A DNA stretch of 64,000 nt. Origin: an uncultured virus (IMG/VR IMGVR_UViG_3300020576_006994) (lineage: Duplodnaviria; Heunggongvirae; Uroviricota; Caudoviricetes). Position 1 is the first letter of the stretch. Each line of letters begins with the position of its first letter. The stretch lies in IMG/VR virus record IMGVR_UViG_3300020576_006994; one strand, written 5' to 3'. Below, piece by piece: positions 19,003-31,064 of this stretch. Under the pieces are notes generated by a model. It saw only the letters and a list, made by a program, of their open reading frames with translations. It searched no databases and was not told the origin of the DNA. Position numbers and translations under genes: made by a program.

Positions 19003-21813
19003 TTAACCTTGAGCCGAGCTAGAGGATTTAACGCCTTCAACTGTGAGCGTAATAGGAATAAAGCGGATTGGACTCTGAATAATCGCACTCACGCCAACTT
19101 CCATAACACTTCCGCTGATAGACACAGAAATGCTCTTCCATCCAGAAACATACTGATCTGTTCCGACGATGTATTTAAGCGACAGGAACTCAGCCATCTT
19201 TCCGCGAATAAAGCTTTCTGCGTTTGCATTTGTAACGTCAGCGGTTGACTCGCCAACAAACGCACGCTTAAGTGACTCAGCAAGACTGAGGGCCATAAGG
19301 TCAGCAACGTAAACGACGTTCAGTGAGTTATACACTACGTTATTGTCAATGCCGTAAGTCGTTTGATCTGTGAGGAATGTGAATCCGCCAGTCTCTTGAC
19401 GCTGAATTGGCATCAAGCCTGCAAGGATTGCATCTTCACAGTCAGATACGTTTTCGTCATCGAAGCTGCCATCAGCATGAACTGCGCCAGAGCAAGCAAT
19501 CGACTTATTGAAGATCGCCTTGTACCCACCAGCTGCCTGCATGCCGGCTGCTTTAACGGATCCCATCCACGGCTGGAACTGATTAATGTCGCCATTCGAA
19601 TCAAGATCAAAAACATCTTGGAATGTATGAGCGATACGGTAGTTTGCCATGTTGAGGGCTGAGTCTTTGGCTTGCTGGAATGTTCCACGCTTAGAAACAA
19701 CGCCTACACGGTGACGCTTAACTTTAGCGGTAGACATTGCAATTACGTGAGCACGTACAGCTGCATTCACTGCATCAACAGTGTATGTTGATGTCGGCTC
19801 AGTTTCGTCATCGGCAATGTCATCAGCTGCATCTTGCGATACAAGCGGAACAACAAAATTGCAACGAACTGAAGCAAGAGCGTCGATAGCCTGTGCGAGC
19901 TGAAGCCCAGACGATCCACCCTTATCGCCACCAGAAAGGAAGGCATAGGAGTTATCTTCCGGAAGACCAGCTGTAGCCGTTGCATCATAAGAAACCAGCG
20001 AGTTACTAGCCAGACTTCCGTTGCCAAGAGTGAGATCGTAAAGATCGCGCTTGATTCGTCCAGGGCGATTGCTGGCTGAACAGATCGAAACTGTACACTG
20101 ATCGAGAACCGATGGGTTACGCTGACCGTCAAGTGATGAGCCGACGGCTGCTGAGTACCCTACGTTCTGATTGATCTTTGTTACGAGATCGGCGATTGTA
20201 GAGATCTTCGAGAGGTCAAGGTCGAGGTTTGCGCCAAGGCCGCCTGTTACCGAAGTCTGCAGACGGAGAACGCCTGAAACTTCACCAACAGTAGCCGTTG
20301 CAGTTGTACCTGCATAGCCAAGTTGAAGAGCAACTTGTCCACCAACAGTGATTGACGACTCCGATTGACCAAGCTTTACGCTAATTGTCTTGCGGAGTTC
20401 CGCAGACGAAGTCAATAGGCTGCCAAGGAACGTAACTGCAGAATCAACTGCGAGTTGTTTAAACATCGTATTGACATTTACAGTTCCGGCATTATCTTTA
20501 ATCTCAAGAGCTTTACCAACGCCCTTAATCTGACGATCAAGGACTTGAATGTTAGATGCGCCAGAGATCGCTGCAGCTGCTACCGCAACAGGGCTGCCGT
20601 TTGAAAGGCGGCTCATCTTGATGTATGCTGAGGTCGTCGTATTCAAGACTTCTGTAAGTTGATACCAACCAACGTTAGCCGAACCAGCACCCTGGTAAGG
20701 AGAGCCTGAAGGGATGTAAGCGATGTCACCAACCTGTGGGCGATTTGCAAAAACCTGACCAGAAGCAAGGGTTGCTGTGAGTGCCGATCCTACAACCGAA
20801 ACAGTGATGTTCTGACCAGTGAGGCCAGAAAGGACGCTGCGGTCAACTCCACTCATGTTATCGATCTTGATGCTAGAGAAGCAAACAAGGTCGTTAGCCG
20901 GGGTTGCAGAGAAGGCAACCGGAGCTACTGCTAGAGGAGCGCCTGCTGTGATTTTCTTTGCAGTTACTTCAGCCAAAGCTGTTGTGTTGCTTACCGCAGT
21001 TACAAGGTACCAGCCAACGTTTTCAGCCGAGCCACCTTCGATAACCGAACCAGCTGGAACGCGAATAACGTCGCCGGCCTGGGGTGTAACTGTAAATACG
21101 TCTGGAGTAGCGAGCTTAAACTTAACTACTTGACCAGAAACAACCTGGAGCTGGAGAGTGTCAGAGACAGTCAATGCTGATACGAAAGCCCGGTCAACTC
21201 CACCAACTGCATTGATCTTAGAAAGACCAGTAAGTGCCGTAGCCAGAGCTGCAGGTGATGTATCTGCGGAAATAGCCAAGGTTTGCTGCGCTTCACCGTT
21301 TACACGGATAGCGAGCGATGCAGAAGAAGCTGACGGAACATACGAAAAGCTTGATGTGGTGGGAGCGGCCTCTGATTGAGCAGTCGAAACCGCCTCAGAG
21401 ATAGAGTTTCCAAGAGCGCCACCACGCTTTGCCTGGAATGTGCCGTGACTGTCTTGAGTAGTCAGCGACGCTTTAGTTGAGTCGTTTGATTTGATAAGAA
21501 TGATGCGGTTCGGTGACCCTTGGATTCGAGTCGATGCACTTGGAGCGACGATTCCACGGTATGCATCTACAAGACGGCCTGAACCGAACTTAGAGATAAC
21601 GCGACCGATATCGCCGGGACCAAAAGACTGGCTTGATGGCTTAATGCCGTCAGCTTTGTCTTGTTGCCAAGACGGACCTTCGTCAGCTTCACCGACCAGA
21701 GCGATTACGCCAGAAAGCGCAACGCCAGACGGCTGTGATGCGACTACCACATCAACAGATGAATCCGGGATAATTAGGACTGACCCTGAGGCCGTCGTAA
21801 AAGTCTGAGCCAT
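19003..21813 (-). CDS. Contractile tail sheath protein (936 aa)
   Basis: N-terminal VIALVGEADEGP...KFGSGRLVDA; LSGGDKG; C-terminal FLTDQTTY...FVGE...PIRFIPITL sheath patterns; TAG-free. Confidence 0.9.
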   Translation of the reverse strand: MAQTFTTASGSVLIIPDSSVDVVVASQPSGVALSGVIALVGEADEGPSWQQDKADGIKPSSQSFGPGDIGRVISKFGSGRLVDAYRGIVAPSASTRIQGSPNRIILIKSNDSTKASLTTQDSHGTFQAKRGGALGNSISEAVSTAQSEAAPTTSSFSYVPSASSASLAIRVNGEAQQTLAISADTSPAALATALTGLSKINAVGGVDRAFVSALTVSDTLQLQVVSGQVVKFKLATPDVFTVTPQAGDVIRVPAGSVIEGGSAENVGWYLVTAVSNTTALAEVTAKKITAGAPLAVAPVAFSATPANDLVCFSSIKIDNMSGVDRSVLSGLTGQNITVSVVGSALTATLASGQVFANRPQVGDIAYIPSGSPYQGAGSANVGWYQLTEVLNTTTSAYIKMSRLSNGSPVAVAAAAISGASNIQVLDRQIKGVGKALEIKDNAGTVNVNTMFKQLAVDSAVTFLGSLLTSSAELRKTISVKLGQSESSITVGGQVALQLGYAGTTATATVGEVSGVLRLQTSVTGGLGANLDLDLSKISTIADLVTKINQNVGYSAAVGSSLDGQRNPSVLDQCTVSICSASNRPGRIKRDLYDLTLGNGSLASNSLVSYDATATAGLPEDNSYAFLSGGDKGGSSGLQLAQAIDALASVRCNFVVPLVSQDAADDIADDETEPTSTYTVDAVNAAVRAHVIAMSTAKVKRHRVGVVSKRGTFQQAKDSALNMANYRIAHTFQDVFDLDSNGDINQFQPWMGSVKAAGMQAAGGYKAIFNKSIACSGAVHADGSFDDENVSDCEDAILAGLMPIQRQETGGFTFLTDQTTYGIDNNVVYNSLNVVYVADLMALSLAESLKRAFVGESTADVTNANAESFIRGKMAEFLSLKYIVGTDQYVSGWKSISVSISGSVMEVGVSAIIQSPIRFIPITLTVEGVKSSSSAQG

Positions 21814-21835
21814 ATTTACACCTCTAAAAAACTTA

Positions 21836-21854
21836 AATTACTTAATGCTTTTAA
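21836..21854 (-). promoter_or_regulatory. Candidate late promoter TTA-N10-GTAATT (sheath operon)
   Basis: Exact motif 22 nt upstream of the sheath ATG. Confidence 0.65.
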
Positions 21855-21858
21855 CAGC

Positions 21859-22107
21859 TTATTTCTCCACCGGAATACCAAAGGACTTTAGCCCGTCTAG
21901 CCACTTGTCTGGCTGATCTAGCCAACCCATGGACTTTAAGTGAGCCTCTGCCTAAATCTTAAGTACCGGCGTTCCATTCTTTACACACTCTGACCAGCAC
22001 TGATCGAACGACATCCATACATTAGGAGCCTTATTTTCGATCTGAGCCGGTTCATCCTTCTTCTATATCTGAACAACCTGGGGCTGTTTTTTACTCTTTT
22101 TTGACAT
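21859..22107 (-). CDS. Hypothetical protein (82 aa, 2 TAG)
   Basis: MSKKSKKQPQVVQI*KK...LKI*AEAHLKSMGW...FGIPVEK-TAA fills the gap between neighbouring genes. Confidence 0.65.
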
Positions 22108-22109
22108 TT

Positions 22110-24812
22110 TCAGTCCCCTGTGTAGTTGCCGGTTCCGGAACCACCCTTTTGCCTGCCCATATCAGCAGCGATCTGATCCTGCGTCCTTTGTGGCTATTTA
22201 GGACTTCCGAAGGCATATTTGATTTGTTCAGGCGTCATTCTTAGCGCATGCTTGAGAGAATGATTTAGGTCTGCTGGAACCCCATCCCAAGTTGCATGAG
22301 TGGGATTCATGTCTTTATCAACGTGAATCATCACTTGCTTGGCTGGCGGAACATGAAGCTTGCCCATGTCCATAACCTGATCTTTGAAGTTTACAACGAT
22401 AGCGTCTTTGCCCGGAGTCATCCCAACTTGGCGGTTGTAATTTGCCATTGGGAACTAGTTGACTACGGGCTTATTAAAAGACTTTTTAGGCTCGTCTTTT
22501 GTAAGCTTTGGTTTTGGCTGATCTTTGAGCTCTTTAATCTTTTCTTTTGCCGTTTCTTTTGCCTATTTCATCTTATCTTTGGCCATTGATCTTTCAATAG
22601 ACGGGCCAGTTGACCTTGGATCTTTAGCCCAAGACTTGCTTCGATTAGCAGAGCGAACCTAAGCCCCCATTTTACTGGTGCCTAAATCCGGCTCATACAA
22701 ATGAGCGTTCTTGTCATGCTCTGGCTTTAATCTAAGTGCCTTTTTTAATTCAGGCATCACTTCATTCCAAGACTTAGTAAGCTTTGGCTTTGGCATGGCT
22801 TTAAGTTCAGCAAGCTTGTTTTTATGCTGTTCTTTTGCCCATTCATTTGTATCTTTACTAGCTCCACCAGGAGCCATGCGGGCGCCTACGTCTGAAGTGC
22901 CACTTTCGTAATTATGTGCAAAAGCTGGAGCGTGAACGCCTTTTTGTTGCTTTGCGTTCTTATTCTTTTCACTCTCATCTTTTGTAAGCTTTGGTTTGAT
23001 TTTAGACTGAGCTTCCATTACATCTTTATGAGCAGCCTCTGCACCGCCGTATGAATGGTATGCGCCGCCGGTACGCCAAGATTTACCGCCGCCCTTTTCA
23101 CTCAAGGCTGCGCCACTCTTTGGTCCGCCGCCAACTTTATTGTGTGCCTTAGTGGCATAGGTAGCACCGCGAACATGAACACCAGACGTGTGCTCGGGCT
23201 GTTCCTTTTCTTCGCCCTTTACTTTTTCTCCATGTTTTCCAGGCGAACCGCTCGAGATTGCGTTAGCTCTTTCCCATTTTGTGCGGTTTACGCGAAGCTT
23301 GCCGCCACCGGGTCCAACTTCTTTAGATGAAGTCCTGTCGTTCCGCTCTGACCGTGCAGACGCCTTGTCTTCTGGCGACTTACCCTCATCAACCTTAGCC
23401 TTCTCAAGCTCATTCATTTTAAGCGGAGCTGGACCTGCAGGCTTCGGAAGCTTTGGAGCCTGCATCTTAGGCATTGCCGGCATGGCTGGCTTTGAAGGTG
23501 CAGCTGGTGCCGGAGCAGGTGCCGGCTGAGCTTTCTTCATAGAAGAACACTTGGATAGGATTTCTTTAAATTTAGCTAGGCGCTCTTGCTCTTGGTTTTT
23601 ATCCAAGAGAACTCCTGGCAGCTTGGTTGACGGATCGGACTTTTTCATGCCCACTTCCTCATCGGATGTTTTGATTTTATTGCGAGATTTATCAACAGTG
23701 CCTTTATATTCAATGCTTCTTCCATCGAATACTTGAGGCTCTTGAATGTATTTAGGTGATGTTGTAGTCACTCGATTACGGATGACTGGTTTAGTCGAAA
23801 TCGACGGACCGACAGCTGCCTTCTCAAGTTCAGAGCGCATCAAAGTGCCTTTGTCCTTGCCTTGATAAGCTGGATCTTCTGCTTTAACGCGAGCACGTTG
23901 ATTGATTATGGCATCTGGAGAATCGGCCATATGCCATCCATGAGTCGGATGCCACTTAAGCTCGCCTCGATCAACTTGATCAATTCGCTTTTTGTTTGAT
24001 TCACTTAAAAGCCTTGCTTGACGAAGTAAATCTACGGCCTTACCTTCACCAGTCGCAACACGGACGGCTGCAGGTCCACCCTCTAAAGCCATGCGTGGTG
24101 GAGCGTCTACTGAAACTTTGTTTCCTGAGCGATTCGCTGGCAAGCCCATTCTTCGGCGAAGTTTATTCTCTACAGCCATTGGCTGCACTTCATGCTGACT
24201 CTGCTTTTGCTTCATATAGCCGTAGTCACGCTGAACGTCGGCATATTGTTTATCCATGAGAGTTTGTCCGCCAGGAAGATCGGTTCCTTCCGGCATAATC
24301 TCAAGGTGAGCGCCCTCATGAACCTGAGCATCTGGATTGCTTTGGGCTTCCCACTGGCCTGAGCGCCAGTCAGGTTTATCAACTCCAACTTCGGGAGCCT
24401 CATCTCTGCGCTCGCCAGTCTTTGGATTGATTTTTCCACCAGACGGAACTAGATCCTGATTATATCGAGTCTTGAAGTAATTAACTATCTGCTCCATGTG
24501 CTTAGCTCGCATTGGCGAACCTGCAGCAGGCATAGCTCGTGTGCCAAAAATAGCTTTCTTTTGCTCTTTCTAATTTTTGCCTTTTTGGAGCTCTTCGTTT
24601 TTTAAAACTGTCGGCTGAGCAAGGCCTTTTGCATGCTTCTGTGCAGCGCCGATTGCTCCCATTGGCTGAAGGAATGATCCAAGCTTTTTTCCGTTATGAT
24701 GAACATCCCAGGTTTTACCTGATTGCTTAACGGTGATCGCACCATGCTCCGGATGAGAGAATGTGCCACTACCTTCGTTATAGTTCCAATTTGGACCTAA
24801 AGTTTTAGGCAT
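22110..24812 (-). CDS. Large Lys/Pro-rich putative internal virion polyprotein (900 aa)
   Basis: ORF-track pieces 24570, 22659 and 22194 share one frame through TAG. HEGAH (HExxH) segment, three PKLTK(D/S) repeats and many LxK[S/A] motifs. Confidence 0.7.
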
Positions 24813-25153
24813 TATCGGCTCCTGGCATGGTCTAAGATCTGTTTAATTGCATCGCCGACATTGTGACATCCGTCACCTTTTTCGTCTGGATTTGACGCCG
24901 AATACCAGCCAACATGTGGCTCACCAGCGTCAAACTTAGACGAGTCGACAACTACGTGATAGGCAGGCTTTCCTGCGCCATCAATAAGAACATGGGCGAA
25001 CGAAGTGGGGCTGATAGCAACCATTCCACCGTGCTTAAGGGCAAGCGCCTGGCTCTTCTCCAAAGAATGCTTTTTGACCGTCCGGATTGCCTCACGGAGG
25101 TCTCTAAGCTGCTTTATTTTCATAAGAAGTTCTTCGGCTCGTTCCATGTCCAA
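24812..25153 (-). CDS. Hypothetical virion protein (113 aa)
   Basis: Coupled to the next gene; contains LEKS; preceded by the TTA-N10-GTAATT motif at 25161-25179. Confidence 0.6.
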   Translation of the reverse strand: MDMERAEELLMKIKQLRDLREAIRTVKKHSLEKSQALALKHGGMVAISPTSFAHVLIDGAGKPAYHVVVDSSKFDAGEPHVGWYSASNPDEKGDGCHNVGDAIKQILDHARSR

Positions 25154-25217
25154 AAGAAGAAATTACTCTATATGGTTAAAAGGGGATAATTACACGTTTT
25201 CTATGGTCTTTTTTAAA

Positions 25218-26189
25218 TTAATCGTCAACTAGTTTCCATCCCTGTGCCTGAACAGTCTCCTGCAGGGCATCCGGAGTCCTAGTTGGCTCTACGGTTGGGT
25301 CGATAAGCAGCATGTCGGCGAGTCCAGTCACTTTTATGTCCGTACTCTCGATAAAGCTGTGCTTTACACGGCCCCTAATGCCGATATCTCGACCGTGCAG
25401 AGAATTAGCTCCATCGCCATGATCGACCACTGGACCGTAGTTTATTGTAGAAATTTCAAAGTTTCTCTACTCAAACAAGGTCTTCTTGTACCTTCCGAGG
25501 ATGTACATAACAAGAGTGTGAAGGTGCATCAGTTCGTTTGGATCGGTAGACAGCGAGGTGATCTTGAAGCTTTCGTAAGCAAACAAGGACTTTCGTTGAT
25601 GTTTATACTCAGGAGCTTGCATTCGAATTGTGCAATTAGTGAAGTTTGGAGTCAGGCCAGTGTCAATGAGTAGCGTGCTGTCGTCCATAACCATCAAGAC
25701 TGAGTAGGTGCGATGGTTCACTTCGTCGATAATAGCCATTCCTTCGTAGACATCCTAAAGGCTCACTCCTGTCGGAAAAGTTACCTCTCCAGTTTCTTTG
25801 TCATACGACTCTGGGGTTACTGGCCCAAGGATGAGCGTAGGCGTAGTGAACGCGCCGCCAAGGTCTGCAGCATCGACATCTTCGAATGGATTAGATTCGT
25901 CTGTGTCACCAAGTCCATTTCTGCCCTAGTCCTCAGATCCCTCTCCGACATTGATGACGATTGCGGGATATGACGCGACGTCAGGGAGTCTAGTTTCCAT
26001 GACGATAGAGATTTGAGTTTTGGCAACAAACTCTTTTAAAGCTTGCGGCTGCTTTCCATACATTTGCTTAAGCAGTGGATCTGTTACGAATTGTGAATAG
26101 GCGTCGTCTAATAGAAAGAGGTTCTTTCTGATGTCAGTGAGCCCGGCTCTAATTGCTGTAAGAATTACTGCTTCTGTTTGAGAGATCAT
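25218..26189 (-). CDS. Putative tail completion/terminator protein (323 aa, 3 TAG)
   Basis: Three ORF pieces in one frame; YPAIVINV motif; position between neck genes and sheath. Function inferred from synteny. Confidence 0.55.
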
Positions 26190-26968
26190 GTCTTAGTTAA
26201 CGTCTACTTACAGACGCCCTCCCAAAGATTATCAAGCTCTTTATAGACTTCATCAAAAATCTTGGCGCCTTGCTTCTCTGGATAATCCCACAGGCCCTTA
26301 CCTAGCTGCTTTGATGATGCCACTCGAAACGTCATTATGTCTCGGGCGATCTTGGTTCCGGCTTTTGTCTTCATTGGTCGCTGATAAATCGTAAGGCCGG
26401 AAAGAATTGGATTTCCCTGCTTACTCTTAGGAGAATTTTCTCCATCAAGATTAAGCGTTGCGGCTCTTCCTAAGATTGGCTTTCCTTTTGAGTCTGTAAT
26501 GGTTTTATCAAGTCCCATTTTTTTCAATTCAGATTGCACGTAGCCTGCCAGCTTAGATTCCGCTGCAGAACGATCAGAGGCTTTTTTGTTATGCTTAAAC
26601 GGAATTACGAGATATTTTCCACCATCTTTGGCGGTTTTTGCTTTTGGGCTTGCAAGAAAATTCTCCAGCATATTTCTTGCCGGAGCACCTTCTTCAATCC
26701 ATTCCTAGTCTTTGTTTAGCGTGACAGCCCAAATGGCATCGTTGCCGTTTTGTGAAATAGATTGAAGCCCTACAGACTGAATATACTGACTTCTAGTCGA
26801 CTTAAGGCGCTTCTGAGCCTTTTCTATGACCATAGCGTGAGCCTGGGCCTAGAGCATCTTCACTGCATTTTTTTGCAGCTTCTCGATGTCGTCTTTCTAC
26901 ATCTTTTTGACGTCGGATTCGATTTCTTTAAGAACATCGCTAAGACTAAAGAGCTTATTGTCCGCCAT
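26186..26968 (-). CDS. Putative neck/virion morphogenesis protein (260 aa, 4 TAG)
   Basis: AGGAG RBS; D*EWIEEG, YLVIPF, MTFRVASS; read-through ends in a TGA overlapping the next ATG. Confidence 0.6.
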
Positions 26969-28070
26969 CTTGTGGCTCCTGGACGGTCTTAAGACTAGAC
27001 CAGCTTCCATCCTCATTCTTAACCCTTGTGTTTTGAGGGCTGTATTGACGAATTGCTCCAGGCGCAAATTCCAGCTTTGCTCTGTGTATGTCTGGGTCTT
27101 TATTTACATGAGCAGGCGAGGTTGCCAATGTTTGTGGGAGTGACCGCTCAGGAGTGCCGGCCTCTTCCTTTTCTTCTTGACGATTTGGGTCAAGCGAAGC
27201 CTCAATTTCTGACTGGGCCTAATCTTGAGCTGGATGGATTCCATCGTTATCCTCAACGATTTTACCAACAGCCTGAATAATTCCCATAATTGCCTTCTAC
27301 ACATCAGGGTTTGCCTGAGACAGCTGGGCAACTACGTCTTTATTTTTCTGGATTAGGCTGATCGCCTCTGACTAGCTTTGTCGGATTTCTTTTGATAACG
27401 GACTGGTTTCATGCACATCTTGTTCTGGTCCTATATCATCTTCATCTATATCAGAGAGCTGCTGATTATTAGAATTGCTAGGCTCGCTACCATCTTTATC
27501 TCCATGCTAGAAGTCATCCAAGTACGGATCAGATTCATCGTTGGTTCCACTGTCGCTTCCTCCTGAATTATCGCCAAGAATCATCATCAATGATTTCATC
27601 TACGTGAGTAGGCTCACATAGACTTCCGGCTACTAGTCCTTTAGTTGTGCAATTACGTCCTTATTTTGAGCCACGGACTGAAGAGACCGTGCTATGCTTT
27701 CTTTATCTTCGTCGGTTACTTCGGCCTTAGAAAGATCTTCGGCATCGATCATAACCTTATAGCAGCCACTTTGTGCCTGCTCTGCTGCAGTTCGCGCCTC
27801 CTCAATAGAGGCTCCAATACCTGCTTTAAAATTAACCCTAGACTCTTCACGCATCCGCTCTCTCAATTCGAGTAGCTTATCGTCGTGATTATCTTCAACT
27901 GAAAAAATGACTTCATCTGTTTCGTCAGAAAGAATGTCGCCGTACATCTGCTAAACAGCAGCCGATAAGATCTTCTTTGCGTGAAGAAGTCTTGAGTTGT
28001 TCTCTCTTATTGAGTCTTCGTCGTTACTTAGCTCTCTCGTAAGTAACGAAAACACGACAAAAAGTTCCAT
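26955..28070 (-). CDS. Hypothetical acidic protein with an internal repeat (371 aa; includes tandem TAG TAG)
   Basis: Open frame apart from TAG; repeat QNKDVIAQLKD**PEV / KNKDVVAQLSQANPDV. Confidence 0.65.
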
Positions 28071-28071
28071 A

Positions 28072-29121
28072 TCACTCACCTCTCTTTACTGAGGCAAGCA
28101 AGGCATTGACTGAGTCTTTGTCCCAATCAGATTCGAATTGAAGCAGGATGTTAGTTCCGAGCTCTAATCTCTTTGGAGCAGACAGGGTCTAGAAGCATGC
28201 GCAGTTTGGGAGCTTTTGTCCACAGTCATAACATGGACGAGAAACCTCGTTCTTTTTTAAAACCAGGTGGTTCTTTTTTTGCTCAGACTTTATTGCTTTT
28301 GGGAGTTTAGCAATGGCAGGGCCAGCTGCAGGAGCGGCCTTAATTTTACTGTCATTCGTCTTTGGACCAGTTGATGTTTTGGTCGAAGTGTCAGTCGATG
28401 AAGTTTTATCTCCATGAATTCCACCTTGAGTGAGGCCATTATTGCCGCCGACTTTGGTGCCTGGGCTCGGTGGCTTTGGCATCTTCGGCATTAAGCCGCT
28501 TTTCTTTAACTTGTCTTTGATGGCATTGATCTTTTTAAGTCCAGCCGTCCGATCTTCAGATTTCTCGATTGGATCTTTATTCGAGGCGACCAAGAGAAGA
28601 AGGGAGTCTACCTTTGCTTGCAGCTCCTTAACTTGAGACTTCAAGTCATCAACTGGCTCAGGCTTGCTTTCTTCTTTTGACTCTTCTTTGCTTTGCTCTG
28701 CGTGAGATTCTTCTTTTGAATGCTCTCTGGCCTAGTCGCGCTCTTCAAACGCCTCATCATACAGCTCAAAATGACTCAAAAGATGGGCGGCGAGCTACGG
28801 AATATTTTCCAACTCAAACTTGTGAGTGATTTTTCCCTATTCAACAATAGCGCCGCTATAAACGTCGTTGTCTTTTTTATTAACCTGCATCATGGCATTT
28901 TCGCCAAATGGCAGGTCGATTTCCTTCGCGCCCTCTTTTTCCATAGGCGAGAGCTCTTTTAAGAGAAACGCAACTACGGATTTAGGGACGACTGCCATCT
29001 AATTGGCAACTTCGCCCAAATCAACAACAGATTTTGTATTGATCTTTACTAAAGACTTCTGAAGGCTTTCGTAGCCTTGTTCACCAAGAACATGCTTGAG
29101 AAGTCTTTTGGAGTTAGACAC
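28072..29121 (-). CDS. Hypothetical virion protein with a C-terminal Cys cluster (349 aa)
   Basis: GTG start; single frame through 5 TAG; CYDC...CAC; LQKS, IEKS, LKKS and IKS motifs. Confidence 0.65.
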
Positions 29122-29124
29122 TGA

Positions 29125-29517
29125 TTAGTTGCCTTCTGTGATGTAGCTGTCATCAACCACTAAATAAACGCCAAGGGTGGCCGCTGAGCCAACAATAATG
29201 CTTTTATTGCCAGAGCTGAGCTGAATGTATGAGTTAGGAGGCACGGGGATTCCGGTAGCGAGAGCCTATGGAGTCGGGGCGGCTTCACCTGGCTCATAAA
29301 ACGCAACAAAACCAACTGCACCAGCATTATTGTAGACCCAAACTGTTCGTCCATATCCAATCGACTTCTCGGCTGCAAGAGTTCCAAGGATTTCAAGCTG
29401 TGGTCCGGCTTGCATAACCTTTCTGGCGCCTGCGCGAGAGTTATGCTCGATTGACTCAATTTGCCCTTGATCAACCTATCCCTGTTTTGTGCGACGTTTT
29501 GGGTTCTGAAGTGCCAT
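29125..29517 (-). CDS. Hypothetical structural protein (130 aa, 2 TAG)
   Basis: GAGGT RBS; MALQNPKRRTKQG*VDQG...SYITEGN-TAA; promoter motif at 29539-29557. Confidence 0.65.
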
Positions 29518-29560
29518 TTTTACCTCTTAATTCAATGAAATTACATACTTACTATAAGGA

Positions 29561-30490
29561 TCAGAAAGGACCGACGTTTTCTCCGTCCTCTTCCGATGCA
29601 ATCTGCTAATCTGGAGCCTCTTCTGCTGTACGGCGATCAAGATAAACCCAGTCTGCAACCAAAGAGGCGCTAATTGGCCCTGGTTTGTAGGTGATTTCAC
29701 CAGAATCGCTGATATTTACAATGGTGTCTATATTGCCGTGAGCATCAAAGGTTGGGCAGATTCTGATGTCGTGTCCCATATGTTGAACGTAAAATGTCGG
29801 CTTATATCGATATCTGACACTAATGAGTCGAGTTTTGCCAGAAATAGGGTCAAATCCTGGATGATCAGCCCCCGGCTGCTGCTTCCAGACGATATCACCA
29901 GCGATCACCTAGAAGTCCTTACCTTCTGAATACATCCTGCCCTAAGAGTCAATAACGAACTCGACAGCGCAGGCCCTATACTGAAGGCGTGTCTTGCCTG
30001 TTGTTCCGGCGTGGACCTTTTCAAAATTCACAGAGAAGAACTCCTCTCCTGAGATGCACGGCACTAGCTTATCATAAGGCGCGAGGCCGACGTATTTATT
30101 GGTTCCACGATAGTAGCGATTGAATGTGACTGAGGCTCCTGATTGAGAATATAGGCCGGCCTGGACTTGACGCATATCTTTTGCGTTGCCTTGGAAAATA
30201 CCCCAGATCTGGCCTACAAACTTATACAAAAAGCCATTTTCTACAAAATCAAACTGTTTTTCAAACTCAAACTGATTCTGGTCCTCTAATCCATATGATC
30301 TGCGCAAATCTCCGTCATTCACCTCGCCAACAACGTTAGGGATGGCGACGTAATGATTAAAAACAATACCAAGGCCAGCGATGAAAAAGTTTTCTGCCTC
30401 TGTATTTAATACAATTGAATCCCATGGACTAGAGTAGTCCATGAGGATGTTTTTGATATCTTCAGGCTTTCTGTCCGATTGATCCGACAT
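29561..30490 (-). CDS. Putative head-closure/neck protein (309 aa, 3 TAG)
   Basis: GGAGGG RBS; ENGFLY, PYDKL, VIDS*GRMYSEGKDF*VIAGDIVW and ISVRYRYKPTFYV. Function inferred. Confidence 0.55.
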
Positions 30491-31064
30491 TTCCGCCCTC
30501 CAGCTCTTGTTGTAGCGCAATTGCTTGATTATGCGCGGCCAAGGCCTTGTTTTTGTGCTGATGCATGCGATCATCAAACCAATCAAGCAGGCCAAGCATT
30601 TTCTTTCTTGCTTCTTGATGAATAGGATGCATTTGTTTTAATGGGACGCCCTGACTAACCTGAAAAGCTAGATGGGGCGCATATCTTGAGTCAAGAAATC
30701 TTTGCCTTTGGTCTTTAAGCTCTGCGTGCATCTTTGAGTGCATCTTTGCTTCTTTAGCTAGATTATGTATCTGCTTTGAAATCTTTTCACGATACATATC
30801 GACTTCGTTATTTACGTTCGGAAGGAGACGGTTGTGCTCAGATTTAAAAAGAGACTCTTCCCATTGGATGTCTTTGTCTAGCTTTTCTGCCATATGCTGC
30901 GCTACACCAAAGTGTCCAGCCTTAGAGAGGACATTCCATTGGCCAGCCTTGTCACGAACGGCAACCATTGCCTGTCCACCTTTAGTTATAAGCTTAAAGA
31001 CCTCGCCTTTACGGCTGATCCCAATCTTACAAATGTCTGAAAAGTGCTCCTATCCTAGATTCAT
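30462..31064 (-). CDS. Hypothetical protein (200 aa, 1 TAG)
   Basis: ATG overlaps the upstream TGA; KLITKGG motif; LFKSE. Confidence 0.6.
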
